Of a stretch of DNA of 64,000 bases, positions 40,411 through 54,293 are shown one piece after another. The DNA comes from Orbicella franksi. Its lineage: Eukaryota. Position 1 is the stretch's first letter, and the number at the start of each line of letters is the position of its first letter. Under the pieces are notes generated by a model. That model saw only the letters and a list, made by a program, of their open reading frames with translations, ran no database searches and was not told the DNA's origin. The position numbers and the translations under genes are program-made. The stretch lies in NCBI GenBank assembly GCA_964199315.1, contig OZ116706.1, positions 13,826,001-13,890,000 of the forward strand, in the 5' to 3' direction.

Positions 40411-43400
40411 CTATGCGGTCAAGTAAACTAAAAGTTTTCTCTCCCCTTTGAATCCCAGTCTGCCGTGCTGAACAGCCAAGTTATCCAAAACCAACAAATC
40501 GCCTTTCTTCCATTTAAACCCAACTGCGCATGTCCACGAGGTAGCCAGTATGTGCTGTAGTACTGCAGGCTCGATATCACTGCCATCCCCATAATAAGTG
40601 TGACAAGGCTGTTTGTGATCGGGAATCTCAGTCCCCCCCGGAAGTAGCCGGAAGTACGAAGAATTATGAAGAGTTACCTGGTTGAACCAGATTTTCTCTC
40701 CTGTCTCCGGGTGTTGAATACAGGGGGGCCTGTTATGCCAAAAGTATAAATCTCCGCTGGGATCCCATGTGACTTTGCTGCCTTGCTCTTTCACTCTTTT
40801 TTCCACGACCTTTTCAGACAGGAATAAAAAAGAATAGTCATAAAGTTTTGATTACTGTGGTAAATACACTTGGCTTCGAGCTACAATATGCTAGCTAATT
40901 TTCAGACATGCCACTCCAGCAGACTGAACAAATATTAAACCTACTAGAGATGGTTAAAAATCCCAACTGGTAATAGCTCTTAAGCATGATTATGTCACAT
41001 ACCCAAACTTCACCACCAAGCCTCGCTTGCGCGAAATTTTCTCAAACCTCTGGCGCCTTCGTGTTGTTTCCACGGGGGAATTCCTTTTATCTTTGCCATT
41101 TTGGGAATTTGTGCACGATAAAATTTTCAACGCGAGGCTTGGCGGTTTAAATTTGCTTGTCTGTCTGATGTCTTCATGCATACGGGCTATTGTCGAAACC
41201 CTCACGAGTTTCCAATTGTAATCATGTCTAATTATCCAATAAAAAACTTATTTTTTTCCCAAGAGGGCACGGTAACCAATCCTGCAATCTCATTGGTTCT
41301 TAGCGCGGTCCGGAGTTTCCTATCTCTGACCACGGTCACGGTAACGGGGGAAACAGCGCGGGTGAAATTGTCGTGTTGGTTGATTTTCATGAGTGAACTT
41401 GCGGTAATCGTCAACCTTTGCTTTTTACACTTCCATCGACGATTAATCAACCAGGTTTATCTCTATTTCCTTTTAAATGGCAAGGAGAGTCACTGTAAGT
41501 AAATTCAATTGAGTATTTTGAAGTTGTGAGAGTTTGTTTGGTTGTTTGTAGCTCGGCGCTGTAATGGCGCGTAATCCCGTGTTTCTCTCGCCACAAAAAA
41601 GAAGTCAATTGCAGTGGAGTTTATCTCTCTGATCGTTGCTGTATTTAGGAGAATTTCTGTGGAATACACTTAACAGATTTCCTCGCTTTCTGCTACTCAA
41701 TTTGCGGTAGACAGTCTGACTTCGAGTGATTCGCAACGACTGATAGCATCGGGCTTAAAAATACTGCCCTTGGTCTGCAGCCTCAGGCAGCATTTTCAAG
41801 ACCTCGGTCACAGTTTTTCATTATACAGACCTCCCAGCTGGCAAATAACACATATAACTTGAACACTCCATAGTACTCCGAAAATTGTCACGTGCTACCA
41901 GAAGTCGTATTGCTGCAAGCTTTGCACAGTGATACAGACTGAGAGCTCATTCAATTTTAAGAGACTGGATCGAAAAACGTACTTGATTTGCCGGCCTATG
42001 GACCTTGTAATGGACGCAGAGACGAATAAGAACATCTGGAGGAAGGATGAAGGAACGATTAAGCTTAAAATCTGTCCAGAGCAAAAGCTACGTAAGATCG
42101 ATACCACATGTAATTTGTGACAATCCTGAGTTAGTACCGGAGCTGGAGCACGCGAATCGCACTGGCGGATCACCACGGGTACGGATTTTTGGTACGGTTA
42201 AACCATCAAGCCGATAACATTTGATTGTGACCTCACTGTACAAGTGAACGAGCGTGGAAACGAGAGAGCGTCTGTCCGTACAGACTCTGTGGGAGGGGGA
42301 ACGGGAGGGGAGTCTCAAAGTATCCCGAACGGGGAAGCTCACGAATGCCATCTTTGCTGGGCGGGATTTAAGAGATGTAAACTCATTTCTATTGCTGTGT
42401 CAACAAACGATAGCGGAGTTGAGTTGATAGAACGTTTTCAAGACGGGGTTTAACTAAAGCAGAACGTGAAAGGGAACGTCCGAGAGCAAGAATTAACAAG
42501 CAAAGAAGAAGCCAAGGAGATTGCAAAGAGAGCGGGCCAGGGCAAGGGAAAGGAAGCGAAACAATACTGAACAATACAGTGAAGTAGAGCGAGTCAGGGC
42601 TAGAGAAAGGAGATGAAATGACACCGAACAATGTCCTGAGGCAAAGCGAGCGAGGAGTTGACAAAGGAGGCTAAATATCCAAAATGCACTTAGTTTTCAC
42701 ACTTCACTCAGAGTATGCGAATCCTTGAATAAATTTCATAGCGGCTTGGCTAGTCAACGCATCCATTGTAATCACAATATGTGTTTGGATGTGTAGTGGA
42801 AGCAAAATAGCATGAATGTATGGAGAATGCAACCTTTTCTAAGGTTCCACTACCTGCAGGAAGATAATCAGTGAAGGGTCCGGGTCCTGGGAGATAAGCG
42901 TGAAACTGAGATGTACCTGCTTACCTCTCTGTCGTCCGTGTCATGAATGTGTTGCCAGCTCATGTACTTTTTATTGGATTTGTCTGGCAAGTATCTGACG
43001 TAGCGCACTTGTCTGTCTTCAAATTTTCTTACAACTTCGGGGTCCAGTTTCGACAGGAGTTCCCTGTTTTTCACCAAAATTGTTTCTCCGCCACAGCCAT
43101 CTGCGGGTTCCTTCAGGCAGAAAAAGAAAACCTGCAGGGGAAGAGAGAGTGGTCACAATTAGTTAAAAGCTGACTAAAAATTAAAATCATTTGCAATTGC
43201 TGTCATTATACCCCCCCCCCCCCCCAACCCCTACCACGTCTTGGAAGTTTATGTTTAATTAACAAAAGATCATAACGCTTTTGCGTTATCTATTGGGTAT
43301 AACACGACTAACGGAAGGATAATGTGGTTATCCTGCTTTCTTTGGGTTCTCACTCGTTAAAAAGCCTTCTGTTTTGTTCCTTGGGATAATGAATTGGTCA

Positions 43401-44040
43401 CGACCTCTGGCATTTTACATTCGTCATTTCTACACTTTATTGAACTGCTTACCTTGGAGGGGTAGACCTCAGTGTATGACATTTCGTTGTGTGGATCTAT
43501 AGCCACATCATCAGGATCATCGTTAGCGGTGTAAGTTCCTATACTTTTGTCAATTTTTTGTCGGAACGATGCACCACCTTCGTAATTCATTCCTTTCCAA
43601 GGAATTGCCCTTGCAATAGTTGAAAAGTCCTGTGCAGTTTCAGCTGGAAGACCGCGGAACAAAATGGCGGGATGTTGTGCGTGGTTTTCCTCTACGTACC
43701 CCATACAATTTGCGCTCAATTCGGCGAGGGAGGACCGGTGCGGATTAATAACTCGCACGCCATGTGGGAATGACTCTCTTGGTTCTGCCAGGAATTCTGG
43801 GAAACCTTCACCCGTTGAACCAGCAGTAAACGGCCTGTCCTTGAGCCTCGACTTGAATTTAGTGACCAGCTCCTCTCTGGATACTGGCTGAAAAATGCTC
43901 CTTGCTGTTGGATTTTCCTGACTTTGCTGGGCTGAATAACTGCAAATAATATTTTTGAGATAGGACTTTCTGGTTCCAGGAATACTACACTTAGGAAGTC
44001 TCGAGAAAGACGCGCGAAGCTGCAGAAGTCGAGCTGCCAT
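40411..44040 (-). CDS. TauD/TfdA-family Fe(II)/2-oxoglutarate dioxygenase copy 2 (DdaC/SyrP/clavaminate-synthase-like), 397 aa; exons 44040-43453, 43131-42925, 40809-40411
   Basis: Phase-0 GT-AG joins give one open frame with AILFRG, PHNEMSY (H184-x-E186), [23 protein letters not shown] (H380) and ERKL (R389). The first about 40 aa are Arg-rich with no acidic residues. Confidence 0.88.
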
Positions 44041-45813
44041 ATTCTGTTAATGGAGATAAATGATATAGGAACTGCGTTCAGAGAACAACCATTCATATTT
44101 TGAACAAGCTCAGTTCCATGAAAATGAAATGTTATTGTTATAGATTTAAGATGTTTACTGTTTGTTGTCAAAATGGAGAAAATCGGTGACTTAGGAAGTA
44201 ATCCATGAAAAGAAAGGAGGGGCCCACCGACCATTTAAGGGAGTAAACTGCATTAACGCAACCGGTGCCGAGCCTCATGCTTGCTTACATTTCTTCTTGG
44301 CGCACACTCGTGATTTATGGTCGATACACACGTGGGGTTTAGCTCCAGGGGCACGCTCCGGGAGCAAAGCTCCTCAGTGTGTACCAACGATTTCATGGGC
44401 GTAATTCATTCTCGGGAACAGAATTTCCACCCTGCAAAATGCTCCACAACATTAAACCGGTTAAATATTTGGGAGCAAGATCCCGGAGCAAAACTTGAAA
44501 ACGTTCCCTCGGGTGTACCATAATATGGAGCAAGCTCCCAGAATATGCTCCCCAGTGTGTACTAGTCGTGCAAATTGACCCTGGAGCATGCTCCTGGAGC
44601 AAAATCCCTCGTGCGTATCGGCCTTAAAGATAGCCTGTTTTAGCAGGCTCGCCTTTGAGTCACACACGTGAGAACTGGTGAAGAAAATAAACAAGACGAG
44701 ACCGAGGACTGTTATAGTTGTTTAATAATGCTTTATTCCTCAGACAATTCCAAATGACAGAATTAGGTGTGCTGTGCGATTGGGAGTACCTAGAATTTTT
44801 TAGAGCCATTTATCTGACCACATAAACAAACCTTTCATGAGCGTATTCCAAAAAATACAAATAAGGATCTATGCTAAGCTTCGTCTTGCGCATATTATGC
44901 TGTTTCTGTTAAAGAGCTGAGTACATGGCTATTTGCTACAAACAAATTTAGACCGAATTTAGGGGCATCGGAGCAACAATCGGTCCTGATACTTCAGGGG
45001 GGTATCCGGTCACCTCGCCAACAGAGAACTTCGCCACCGACGAACTCGCCACCAACATCAAGAGAAAATTAAAACTAGAGTAAAGTAGTCGAGGTACATT
45101 AGGTGTTCGAGCGACTACAATGTCAGTCGACTCGTAAGTTTGTTGGCTTGTGTGTTTGCAAAGAAAACATAGGTTTCTAGAATTCAACTACATGTATATA
45201 TCTTTGAGAACTGACTGTGCTGTTATTGCTCAGTTGCTTCGCTGTTGCGTTTGCTTAAGCTTACGTAAGTGTTTCATAAAAGGCTTCGTCTCAACGATCA
45301 AACAATTTCAACCCGGCTTACACGGGCTGTGTGAGTTATACGACTACACAAGGTAGAAAGAATTTCAGTTTAATGTTATTAGATTGTTAGTAATTTGTTG
45401 GCGAGGAGGCTTCGCTTGGTGGCGAGACTTCCTTGTGGCGAGGTACGCTGCCATACTTAGGTTCGTCTTCAGGTATGCTCGAACATTAACAAAGCAAACT
45501 GTATAACGTGCCGAGAAAGTCATTTCTTACTAAACGAATTCTTAATGGTCCTAACACCGAAAGCTCAAGAGACTACAGATTGCCTCCTGGAACTTAGCGT
45601 ATTCCAAAAGTACAAAATACGACTAGATGCTAAACTTGGCCTCGCACAGATTATGCTATTTCAGTGAAAAAGCCAGAAAAGTTACACAAACACAACCGAG
45701 CAGAATCAAAATGAAACTTACCTCGGAATCGGAGTCACCGAGTTTGGGAGCAGACTGTTTGCGTGCTAATATATGCAAATTTAGTGACGTGATAAACACT
45801 ACTCCATAACAAG

Positions 45814-48800
45814 AAATATATTTTGTAACGTTTCGCTAATTACACTGGAGTATGTTCATTATGTATGGTTCGTGTTAACTGTAGAAGTATTTTAGGCGTG
45901 AATCCCCTAAGGGGCTAGTAGGCTATTTAAGAATTTGTAAGTTATGCAAGAGCCACTCGAAGGCATCTCTTTCAACTTTGCTTTTGCTGTTATATCGTCG
46001 GATATTGAACGAGCGAGCGTTCCCGCCTCGATCGCGCAATCCTTCACTGAGGGAGATCCTTTTCATGAGACTGCTTCACGAACATTGTTTCCTCGTCTTT
46101 TGGACGTTAAGTTTGATCAGAAGTTCTCTGCATTCAAACGCGATCTCGACGAGAAACAAGCTGCCACTCAGTCTCAACTGTAGAGGCTAAAAACGGTATC
46201 CAAGGCTTCGAGTTCTTTTAACTCTAAAGTACAATACGAGTTCAGCAACTCTCTGCTGGATGCAACAGACGGGACCAGCAAGACCATCTCAAAAGGAAAC
46301 CTTTCAGCAGCCAAGTTATTTCGTTCCGCGGACAAGAACCCCGCTGTTTGGGCAGCAGTGTAAGTACGAATCGACGAACTCGCCGAAGATTCAGAGGAAG
46401 AGAAAAAGCTCTGATCAGCCGAAATACGACCGCCAGCTAAGATCCGGGAGAAAAAGCGGAAAAATGCGTCTAGCTGGCCAACTCTACAGCTACCCGCTCT
46501 ACATCCAGTGAAGCTCCATCCACTCATGGCCTGTCCACTGGCAATTATTTTTCTTCTAATCAGCCTTTTTGTTTTTTTCGCATGCAGTCCTTTCGTGGAC
46601 GTCAGCCTCAACTAGCAGACAAGTGTTTCAGATGCGGCCAAAGAAGCCACTGAGCAAATCCATCTTCCTGCCCAAGCCGTTTTAGAGGAGCCGCTGCAGC
46701 CCCTCCAAGCAGTAAAAATACATACTTATGGCAAATACCAAGCTGCATTGAAGAGAATGGGATAAGCTGAGTATATAATTTTTTCAATTTAATCAAATGA
46801 TTGGAGACTTTGAGCCAGTTGAACTTATTGATAATTTTGTTGAACCATGTGATTCAAGGTTTTTTGGAAGTCTTGAAAAGACAATTTACTCTAAGGGGCT
46901 GAAAAATTTCCGTAGCTGTTCATTCATCGTTCGCGTAAATTTTGGTTATGTAAATTGTGTCCATTACTTTTGACTTTGTCATGGCAACCGCAAACTTCGT
47001 ATAGGTTTGGACAAAAATCAACTTTTTCGACATACTTCTGTATTTTTTTTTCCAGCTTTGTTCATCATTTTGCTGAATTTCACTAAATTGTACATTTCAT
47101 AAGCATTCTGGCTTCATAAGCATTCTAGATTATTTTTTGCCTTTTTAAGAAAATAGTAATATCCAAGATGGTGGGTCAAATGACGTCATGCGACGTCACA
47201 GCCAAAAACTATGTCATTATTTTATAGAGCAAGCTCAGGGCTTCTTGTACCTTAATAGAACGAAAACCCAAGGAGAGGGTTTCATCCCCCTTGTGCCACG
47301 ATGGGGGTGTTAGTCCGAGGGTTAACAGTTGTACTAACCCTGATGACTGAATGAATGAATGAATAAAAGACTGATTATCAGGACAGAACGCATTATATTT
47401 AAGTTAAAGCAACCTTATGGTTAATGTAGATTTTTTAAATCATATAGGCGCTTCTTGCTTTATTCGCGATACTATTTTTGATGGGTATTAGATTCTCTTT
47501 ATTTACATTCCACCCTCAGCTCAGTTTTCTAATACTGAATCACTCAGCCATCCAGTCCAGTATAGTGATTTGTCGAGCAGGCTATTTCTGATCTTCTGGC
47601 CACAGGTTCAGTGGTCGAGTGTGCGTGTGCTCCTGCTGTTGTTAACCCGTTGTCAGTTTCCATACAGTTGGAGTTCTGGAAGAATAATGTTTCGTATCTC
47701 AATTCCAGTGTTTTGCAGACGTTGCTCGCAGACTATCTTGTATTGTATGCTCGGATGTTAGCGCTATTGGATTGGCTGCTTTTATTGCCATTGGTAACAT
47801 TGCCTGTTTTCGCACAAAAACTGAGATTCTATGTAGACGAATACCAGATCGAGTACCACGTGGAGAGAACTCCACTGTGTTTGTTTTGCTTTGAAAAGTT
47901 TGCACATCTTCTTTCAGGGTGCTCTGTTAAGTGGTTTACTGACAACCAATCTGTACCTTTGATCGTCGATTCTGGTAGTATGAAACTGTGTTCGCTTCAA
48001 CTCGCCGGTGGTATATTTCATACCGCCAAAGAAAGTAATACCAAAATCGAGGCCGAGTTGATACTTCGTTCATTTAACGAGAAAGCTGATTACTTATGCA
48101 AGATCGTCGATTGATGACTGGTCAGTTAAAGATAGCTATTTTCATGAAGTAACCTCTCATCGGGGTCCCTGTTCAATTGATTACTTTCCCAGTTAAAAAA
48201 AAAAAAATTCAAGTTTTTCCCAGTTTCTATTCGAAGATTCTCTAGCATTTAGTTGCGTAGGAGAAACCTGTTGGCTGGTGCCACCTGTTTCGTTAGTTAA
48301 AAATGTCATCCGCCACATATGTTTTTGTCAATAGAACTGGTTACTCTTTATTGGCCTTTCAGCTCCCTTTTGGCCTTTTTGGTGTATCGTAGGTGGGGTT
48401 TCAGATCTTTTGTTATTGATTTTCTCTTCGTTGAGAACGGTAAAGATGTTTATCTCCATGGGGCAAATAACAGTTCCCTTTTGACTCGGAGAATTTTAGT
48501 TGCTTGTCGGCGCTGTACAGTCCAGTGTCCAGTAGAACCTGTCTATGGAGAAGTCATGCCGCGCGGTCACGATTACGCTGTTTTAGGCCGTTGGGCCATG
48601 TCACCTTTGTGCGGGACTGCCCGTTTATCATGTGTTGATCTTAGGTGATTGCACTGTTTTAGGCCGTTGGGCCATGTCATCTTTGTGCGGGACTGCCCGT
48701 TTATCATGTGTTGATCTTAGGTGATTACACTGTTTTAGGCCATTGGGCCATGTCATTTTTGTGCGCGACTGCCCGTTTATCATGTGTTGATCTTAGGTGA

Positions 48801-50498
48801 TTGCACTGTTTTAGGCCGTTGGACCATGTCATCTTTGTGCGGGATTGCCCGTTTATCACGTGTTGATCTTAGGTGATTACACTGTTTTAGACCGTTAGGC
48901 CATGTCATTTTTGTGCGGGACTACCCGTTTATCACATGTTGATCTTAGGTGATTACACTGTTTTAGGCCGTTGAGCCATGCCATTTTTGTGCAGGACTGC
49001 CAGTATATAGTGTGCTGAATGCAAGATTTAGGCCTCTGGGCCTTCCTTATGTTCTGATCTGCGTGTTGTTGCATTTTTTTTCTAATTGTTCTCACATTTC
49101 TTTTGTTATCTTTCAAGTCTACAAAGTGGCTATGTGTTTACTTCAAAGGTTGCCCACTCAAGAGATCCAGACGACTTCGCAAGTCAGCGGAAGGTCTTCC
49201 CTTGCGTGCCTGTAAAGCAAAGGCCCCTTCAACAACAGAGCGTTATTCAAGTGACTTTCAAACATTTAGAGAATGGTCTTCGCGCTTTAAGGAAGTCGCT
49301 TGTTTGTCGTCTGATGAGACGTCTTTTGCTCCTTATTTGGAGTATTTTGCTGCAGCAGAGTTCCCTCTACTCCACACTTGGTTCTGCCTGTTATGGCATA
49401 AATTGGGCACACCATCGGTATGACTTTCCGACTTGTGATTTGACTTGTGATAGAAGTGTTCTCGAGGCGGCTAAATTGAACTTGCAAAACCTGTTTCCAT
49501 AAAAAGGGGGGCGCTGTTACTCCCGAGATGATCTTGAGGGTATATAATAGGTTTGCGGGCGTCAAGGCTAATCCTGCTAATCTTCGCTTAGCTGCAATTT
49601 GCGTGACTGCCTAGTCGGCTTTTCTCCGCGGCAACGAGTTAGCTAGCCTTCGTTGCTGTAACGTTAGGTTTTGCGATGCATTTGTCAAGATTTATATATG
49701 CATATAAGAGCAAAACAGATGTTTATTATATGAAATTTTTAGTTTTAATTTTATGAATTTATTTTCTTCGGAGATGTAGCATATTTTGCTCTCAAAAAAT
49801 TCATATTGAAATAAAGTTTTAGACTTGGCATGCGTTTGCGGAACTAGGATATCTTATACACTTGTTTAATCTACATAGCTTAAGAACAGGGGCCGCTAAG
49901 GAGCAGGCATCAGCAATCTACACTTTTTATGTCACGGCAGATAGAAGACTGATCGAGCCAAGGACGGCTAGCCACGGCTATATTACGATAGGTTAGAATC
50001 TTTACTTTCAGTGTCTAGAAGTTTGCACACTTAGATTCCTTTGTTCTCTTTCTTTATTTTCGAAAGCGGGCATCAATAAACGAGATGCCCGCCCCTGATG
50101 CTGTATTTGTGTTTCTTAAGATTAGTTACAAAATATTTTATAATCGTTTCAGGGTGATTAGAGTATAAATATATTTTGTAACGTTTCGCTAATTACACTG
50201 GAGTATGTTCATTATGTATGGTTCGTGTTAACTGTAGAAGTATTTTAGGCGTGAATCCCCTAAGGGGCTAGTAGGCTATTTAAGAATTTGTAAGTTATGC
50301 AAGAGCCACTCGAAGGCATCTCTTTCAACTTTGCTTTTTAATTTTCTCTTTATTCACTAGTGTATTTTCTTTATGATGATGTAACGCTCACTGTACCCTG
50401 CATCAATAAACGAGATGCCCGCCCCTGATGCTGTATTTGTGTTTCTTAAGATTAGTTACAAAATATTTTATAATCGTTTCAGGGTGATTAGAGTATAA
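45814..50498 (+). mobile_element. Degenerate tyrosine-recombinase retrotransposon with split direct repeats (PAT/Ngaro type)
   Basis: A1 45814-45985, B1 50071-50168, A2 50167-50338, B2 50401-50498 (A1...B1-A2-B2). Gag-like ORF with a CFRCGQRSH*ANPSSC knuckle (46624-46671). RT N-terminus VVNPLSVSIQ with the core deleted. RNase H motifs SDVSA, STTWREL, KWFTDNQ, NEKADYL. MT-like WLVPP (48272). YR motifs LHSLR (49871), HGR* and KDG* (catalytic Tyr codon now TAG). No TSD against the empty site at about 39010. Confidence 0.9.
48571..49001. repeat. 76-bp minisatellite, about 5.6 copies, inside the YR retrotransposon
   Basis: CTGTTTTAG recurs at 48578, 48654, 48730, 48806, 48882 and 48958, an exact 76-bp period. 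Confidence 0.95.
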
Positions 50499-50765
50499 TG
50501 GACCTTTCTGCCGATGTCACGTAATCCATCAAATATTTTCGCTCGCGCGCGATTGGTCTAAACGCGTCACGTGACCGACCATTCCCCAGGGGAATATCCG
50601 AGCCTATTCCCCAATTTTCAAAACTGCGCGTATTACGAAAAATATTCGATCCATTCGACTTTGAAAATATGCTCGGATATTTGTCCGCGGACATTATTTG
50701 TTCCGAGAGGCGAACAGTTTTCTGAGAGCTTAGCTCGATGAAAACTGTGTGCTTTGAGGAAAAGA

Positions 50766-50797
<32 letters not shown>

Positions 50798-53469
50798 CCG
50801 CGCCAAATGGAGTTTATTGTTTATATATCAACAATATTTCGTATTTTTCATACAAACAAAAAATCACCTTCATAGATGCCGAATTTAGTAAATATGCGTA
50901 GTTTCATGCAGTTGGCCAGTTTGGTTGCCCCATGGCATACATTCTTTGTAAAAATTTGGGGTCCCATGTTCCCAAGCGATAGCAACGGATTCTTATGAAA
51001 CTTGACATATTTACAAAATTTCGCATGATACATCGAACGGTGAGGCTTTTTTTTCTTGTTTGAATGAAAAATTCGGAAAAGAGTGACATTAGTAAAAAGG
51101 TCTGTTTGTATAAGTAAACAAGCAAATGATTTCAAGTGTAATTTGGAATAAATAAGAACAAGTAACACATCCACTGAAGCACTCTGTCGTAATAATGTGG
51201 TCTGCAACTATTGGTCGAAAATTAAGTGTTCTGATAAACAATAACAGAAGCCTCTGACAATAACAATAGAAGGTAATAAGTTGTTCTCACGGGAGTAGTG
51301 TGGAAACCCGCCTTACGTTTACCTCGTTGATACGGTCACCTCGTTTTTACGGCCGCTTTTTTTGTCCCGGCGAAACGTCCATTCATTTCTTATAAGAAAA
51401 GCCCGTTAATGCGGCCACCCCCTTAATACGGCCAACGGCCAAATTCAAAAATCCCACCCTGTAAAATCCTTTAAAATTTTACCCCGTTTATACAGTCCCT
51501 CGAACCAATTATGCTCATCTTTCCAATTTTAATATTGTATGAACTGATTGCAGTTCCAATTTTTTATGTGCATATCTGAATCGTTTTGCACGGAGAGTCG
51601 TTTTGACACAGAGGCAAAAGGCATTTCGGAAATGGCCTATTATGATATATCTGTTTAAGACCAAGAGATAATCAAGATAATCTCTTGATTACGCTTAATA
51701 GTTACAATCGATCTAGCCTGTAAACATCCGCCCCTTCCGTCCCCACGAAAATGCAAAACCGACGCTTTTAAGTTCCTCCGGTTTGAAAGGCGTTTTCGAA
51801 AAGCTCCGTTTTCGTGACGGATTAGTGTGGACGGTAGGCCTAACCTTAGAAGTAACGCTGAGTTTCATATTTCTCTCGTAGTGTCGACGGCGTCTCCAAA
51901 GGACACATGCCCCGTCATTATAGTTTTCCACATCATTCTTCACCGCACTTTTGTTGATTAAGCTATTTTAAAACTTCAAAAACACTTAGCTGATCATCAA
52001 CTTGCATTTGATGAAGATATCCACCACAGAGTTTGGAAATCTGACGTTTTGATCGCCAGCCCTTCGCCGGCCCAAAATGAAAGCATGTGCATGGATTTTT
52101 GTTGAGAAAGTTGAAATACCCAAAACTTTCGAGAGCGTCTTTGCATGAAATGTCTGTCATGAATTGTAAGTAGACGAGCTTATTCCTTAATTTTTAGCAA
52201 GAGTTACCTAAAATAGAGGTAACTTAGTCACTCTGTCTCTCGTTAATTACACGTGTTTTGCCAACGGCTTCTCTGATGTGCGTTGAAACAATAAGGTGGG
52301 CCGGGTTAGTAAAGTCGGAATTTTAGGTTTTAACCAATAATATGACGGTCTTTTAAGCGTAAGGTGATAACACATGATTTGGAAATAAAGAGCCGTATAG
52401 CTTCCTAAACATTTTTGTTGTTGTTGTTGTTGGCGGGAGTGGGCCTTTACCATCTTTGGCATCATATCTACCACATATAACGAATTGACTATGGGAATCG
52501 ATGTCCAAAAAGCTGGTGTAGTCGCCAACAAGCTCCTCGTCGATACATGTCCGCCAAACATTTGTCTCTCAGCTTTTGGCGGCCGCTTTGATGAGTTTTT
52601 CTTTGTGTTTGCCGAGATCTTTCAGAGTTGCCCCGCCTTCTGGGATGGGCTAGACAATTCATTAGTTAGTATTGTGCGCAAGAAAGTTGAGTTTTTGAAT
52701 GACATAGCGGCATTTTTTTCAAAGTTAAAGGAAACGAACTCACCATCTGTAGGAGACGTTTGCATTTGAAAACGCTGAGCATTTCAAAAATACCCTCTTT
52801 AAGTCGTCACCGTCTTCATTGTCAGAAAAAAAATAGACATAAACTATACACACTTGAAGAAACAACCTTGTTACGCCACTTTTTCAAGTACATCGCCGAT
52901 TACAACCCCAATAACTAAAATGCTGCTGGAATCAAGTCTGTTTCCACATCGAAGCCCACAGAAACCTCAATAAATTTGATACTTGGGCACTTGGAAACAG
53001 GTACCAGTTGCGGGAATTCCTTGCCTCAAGCAAATGGTGCTCCCTATAACTTATTTCCCACGGGTTTTACCAGTGTTTGCAATGTTTCCTATCGTTACAC
53101 CGCTGATTTTCCTAAGGGGAATCTTTGATAATTTTCCCGCAAACGGCGAACCGCTAGGGGTCACATGACCAGAGCCAGACGTCACGTTTGAGGTTTCGAC
53201 TCGCGTTTTTGAACGTCAAGGGGTAGGTCAGTTTTCACGTAGGTCATTTACCTCAAGCTTTATTGCCTTAAATTTTATTTCATGCTACGTACAAAGGTTG
53301 AAATCGAATAAAGTAAGCCTTTTTCTAATTGTGGTTGTAATTTTTAGGCAAATAAGCAATTTCCCAGCCTTTTGCTGTTGTCTGTAGAAAGGCACTGTGG
53401 AAAAATGGAAATCCAATATAAAGACAAACAATAGACTGCAAGGCTGATACTACGTGAAAGACGTTCGAG

Positions 53470-53710
53470 ACACCAACATGACAAGAACCGATAAAGCAGG
53501 ATCGCAACAGTGGACAGCTGTTTCGTCCTTATTGGGAATTCACTATATCAAGTTCCGTTCTTTCAACTCACTTGCGCCCCGAAACACGCGTTGCCACATC
53601 ACGTATTTCGGGGCGCAAGGAGACAAAGTGTCATGCGACGAGTCCCAATAAGGACGAAACAGCTGTCCACTGTTGCGATCCTGCTTCATCGGTTCTTGTC
53701 AAGTTGGTGT
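53470..53710. mobile_element. 241-bp hairpin MITE
   Basis: 68-bp arms 53470-53537 / 53643-53710 with 2 mismatches. Inner 13-bp inverted pair TTGCGCCCCGAAA / TTTCGGGGCGCAA. Confidence 0.85.
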
Positions 53711-54293
53711 TGATTTCCGGTTCGTCGAGAGGAGATTTCCGGGAGCCATTAAACGCAGCGGAAGCGCGGAAGGAGCGCTCGTGCTAGTCTTTGTCCGCGT
53801 CAGACATTGGCCCAAGAGCGGACTGCCTGTTTCACCGCCCTGCGTATAAGCGCTAAATCTTGGCGCGAAAAAGAGCTGCGTATGTGGTGGCATCCCTTGA
53901 CGACAAGGGAGGCAAAGAAGAGGGAGTCTGGGATCGAGGCTGCAAATATAGTTTGTCCTGATCTACGTGTCAATGGTAGTAGTGGAGATAATCCTTGAGG
54001 TTTCTAGGGAAGGGTAGGAAGGGAATCTTGTCTGCTGGAGGACGTGCCAGTTGCTGTCGGATGCGAAGGCGGCAGCTTTGAAGCAGTCTGGGCGGAGTTT
54101 CTGGTAAAATTAATCAGAAGTCTGTAAATATTGATCACAATAAAGGAACATGAAAAACGAAACATTTACAATCGTTCATTCAAGTAACGAATTGAATAAA
54201 TTGAAGACAGCCAAATCCTTTGGCTCATTTTACTAAACAAAACAAATTATCTAAGAATTAATTACTGGAAATTCAATTTCATTATTCACTTCG

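Noticed and set aside
40411-44040. Calling the dioxygenases BBOX1/TMLHE or DdaC orthologs, or asserting recent horizontal transfer
   Set aside because: The HNE motif differs from the HTD of the carnitine enzymes. Orthology and HGT need a phylogeny, and spliceosomal introns argue against recent transfer or bacterial contamination.
48571-49001. Regularly spaced repeat resembling a CRISPR array or tRNA-sized units
   Set aside because: Units are contiguous near-identical 76-mers with no unique spacers, no cas genes and no cloverleaf or Pol III boxes. It is a minisatellite.
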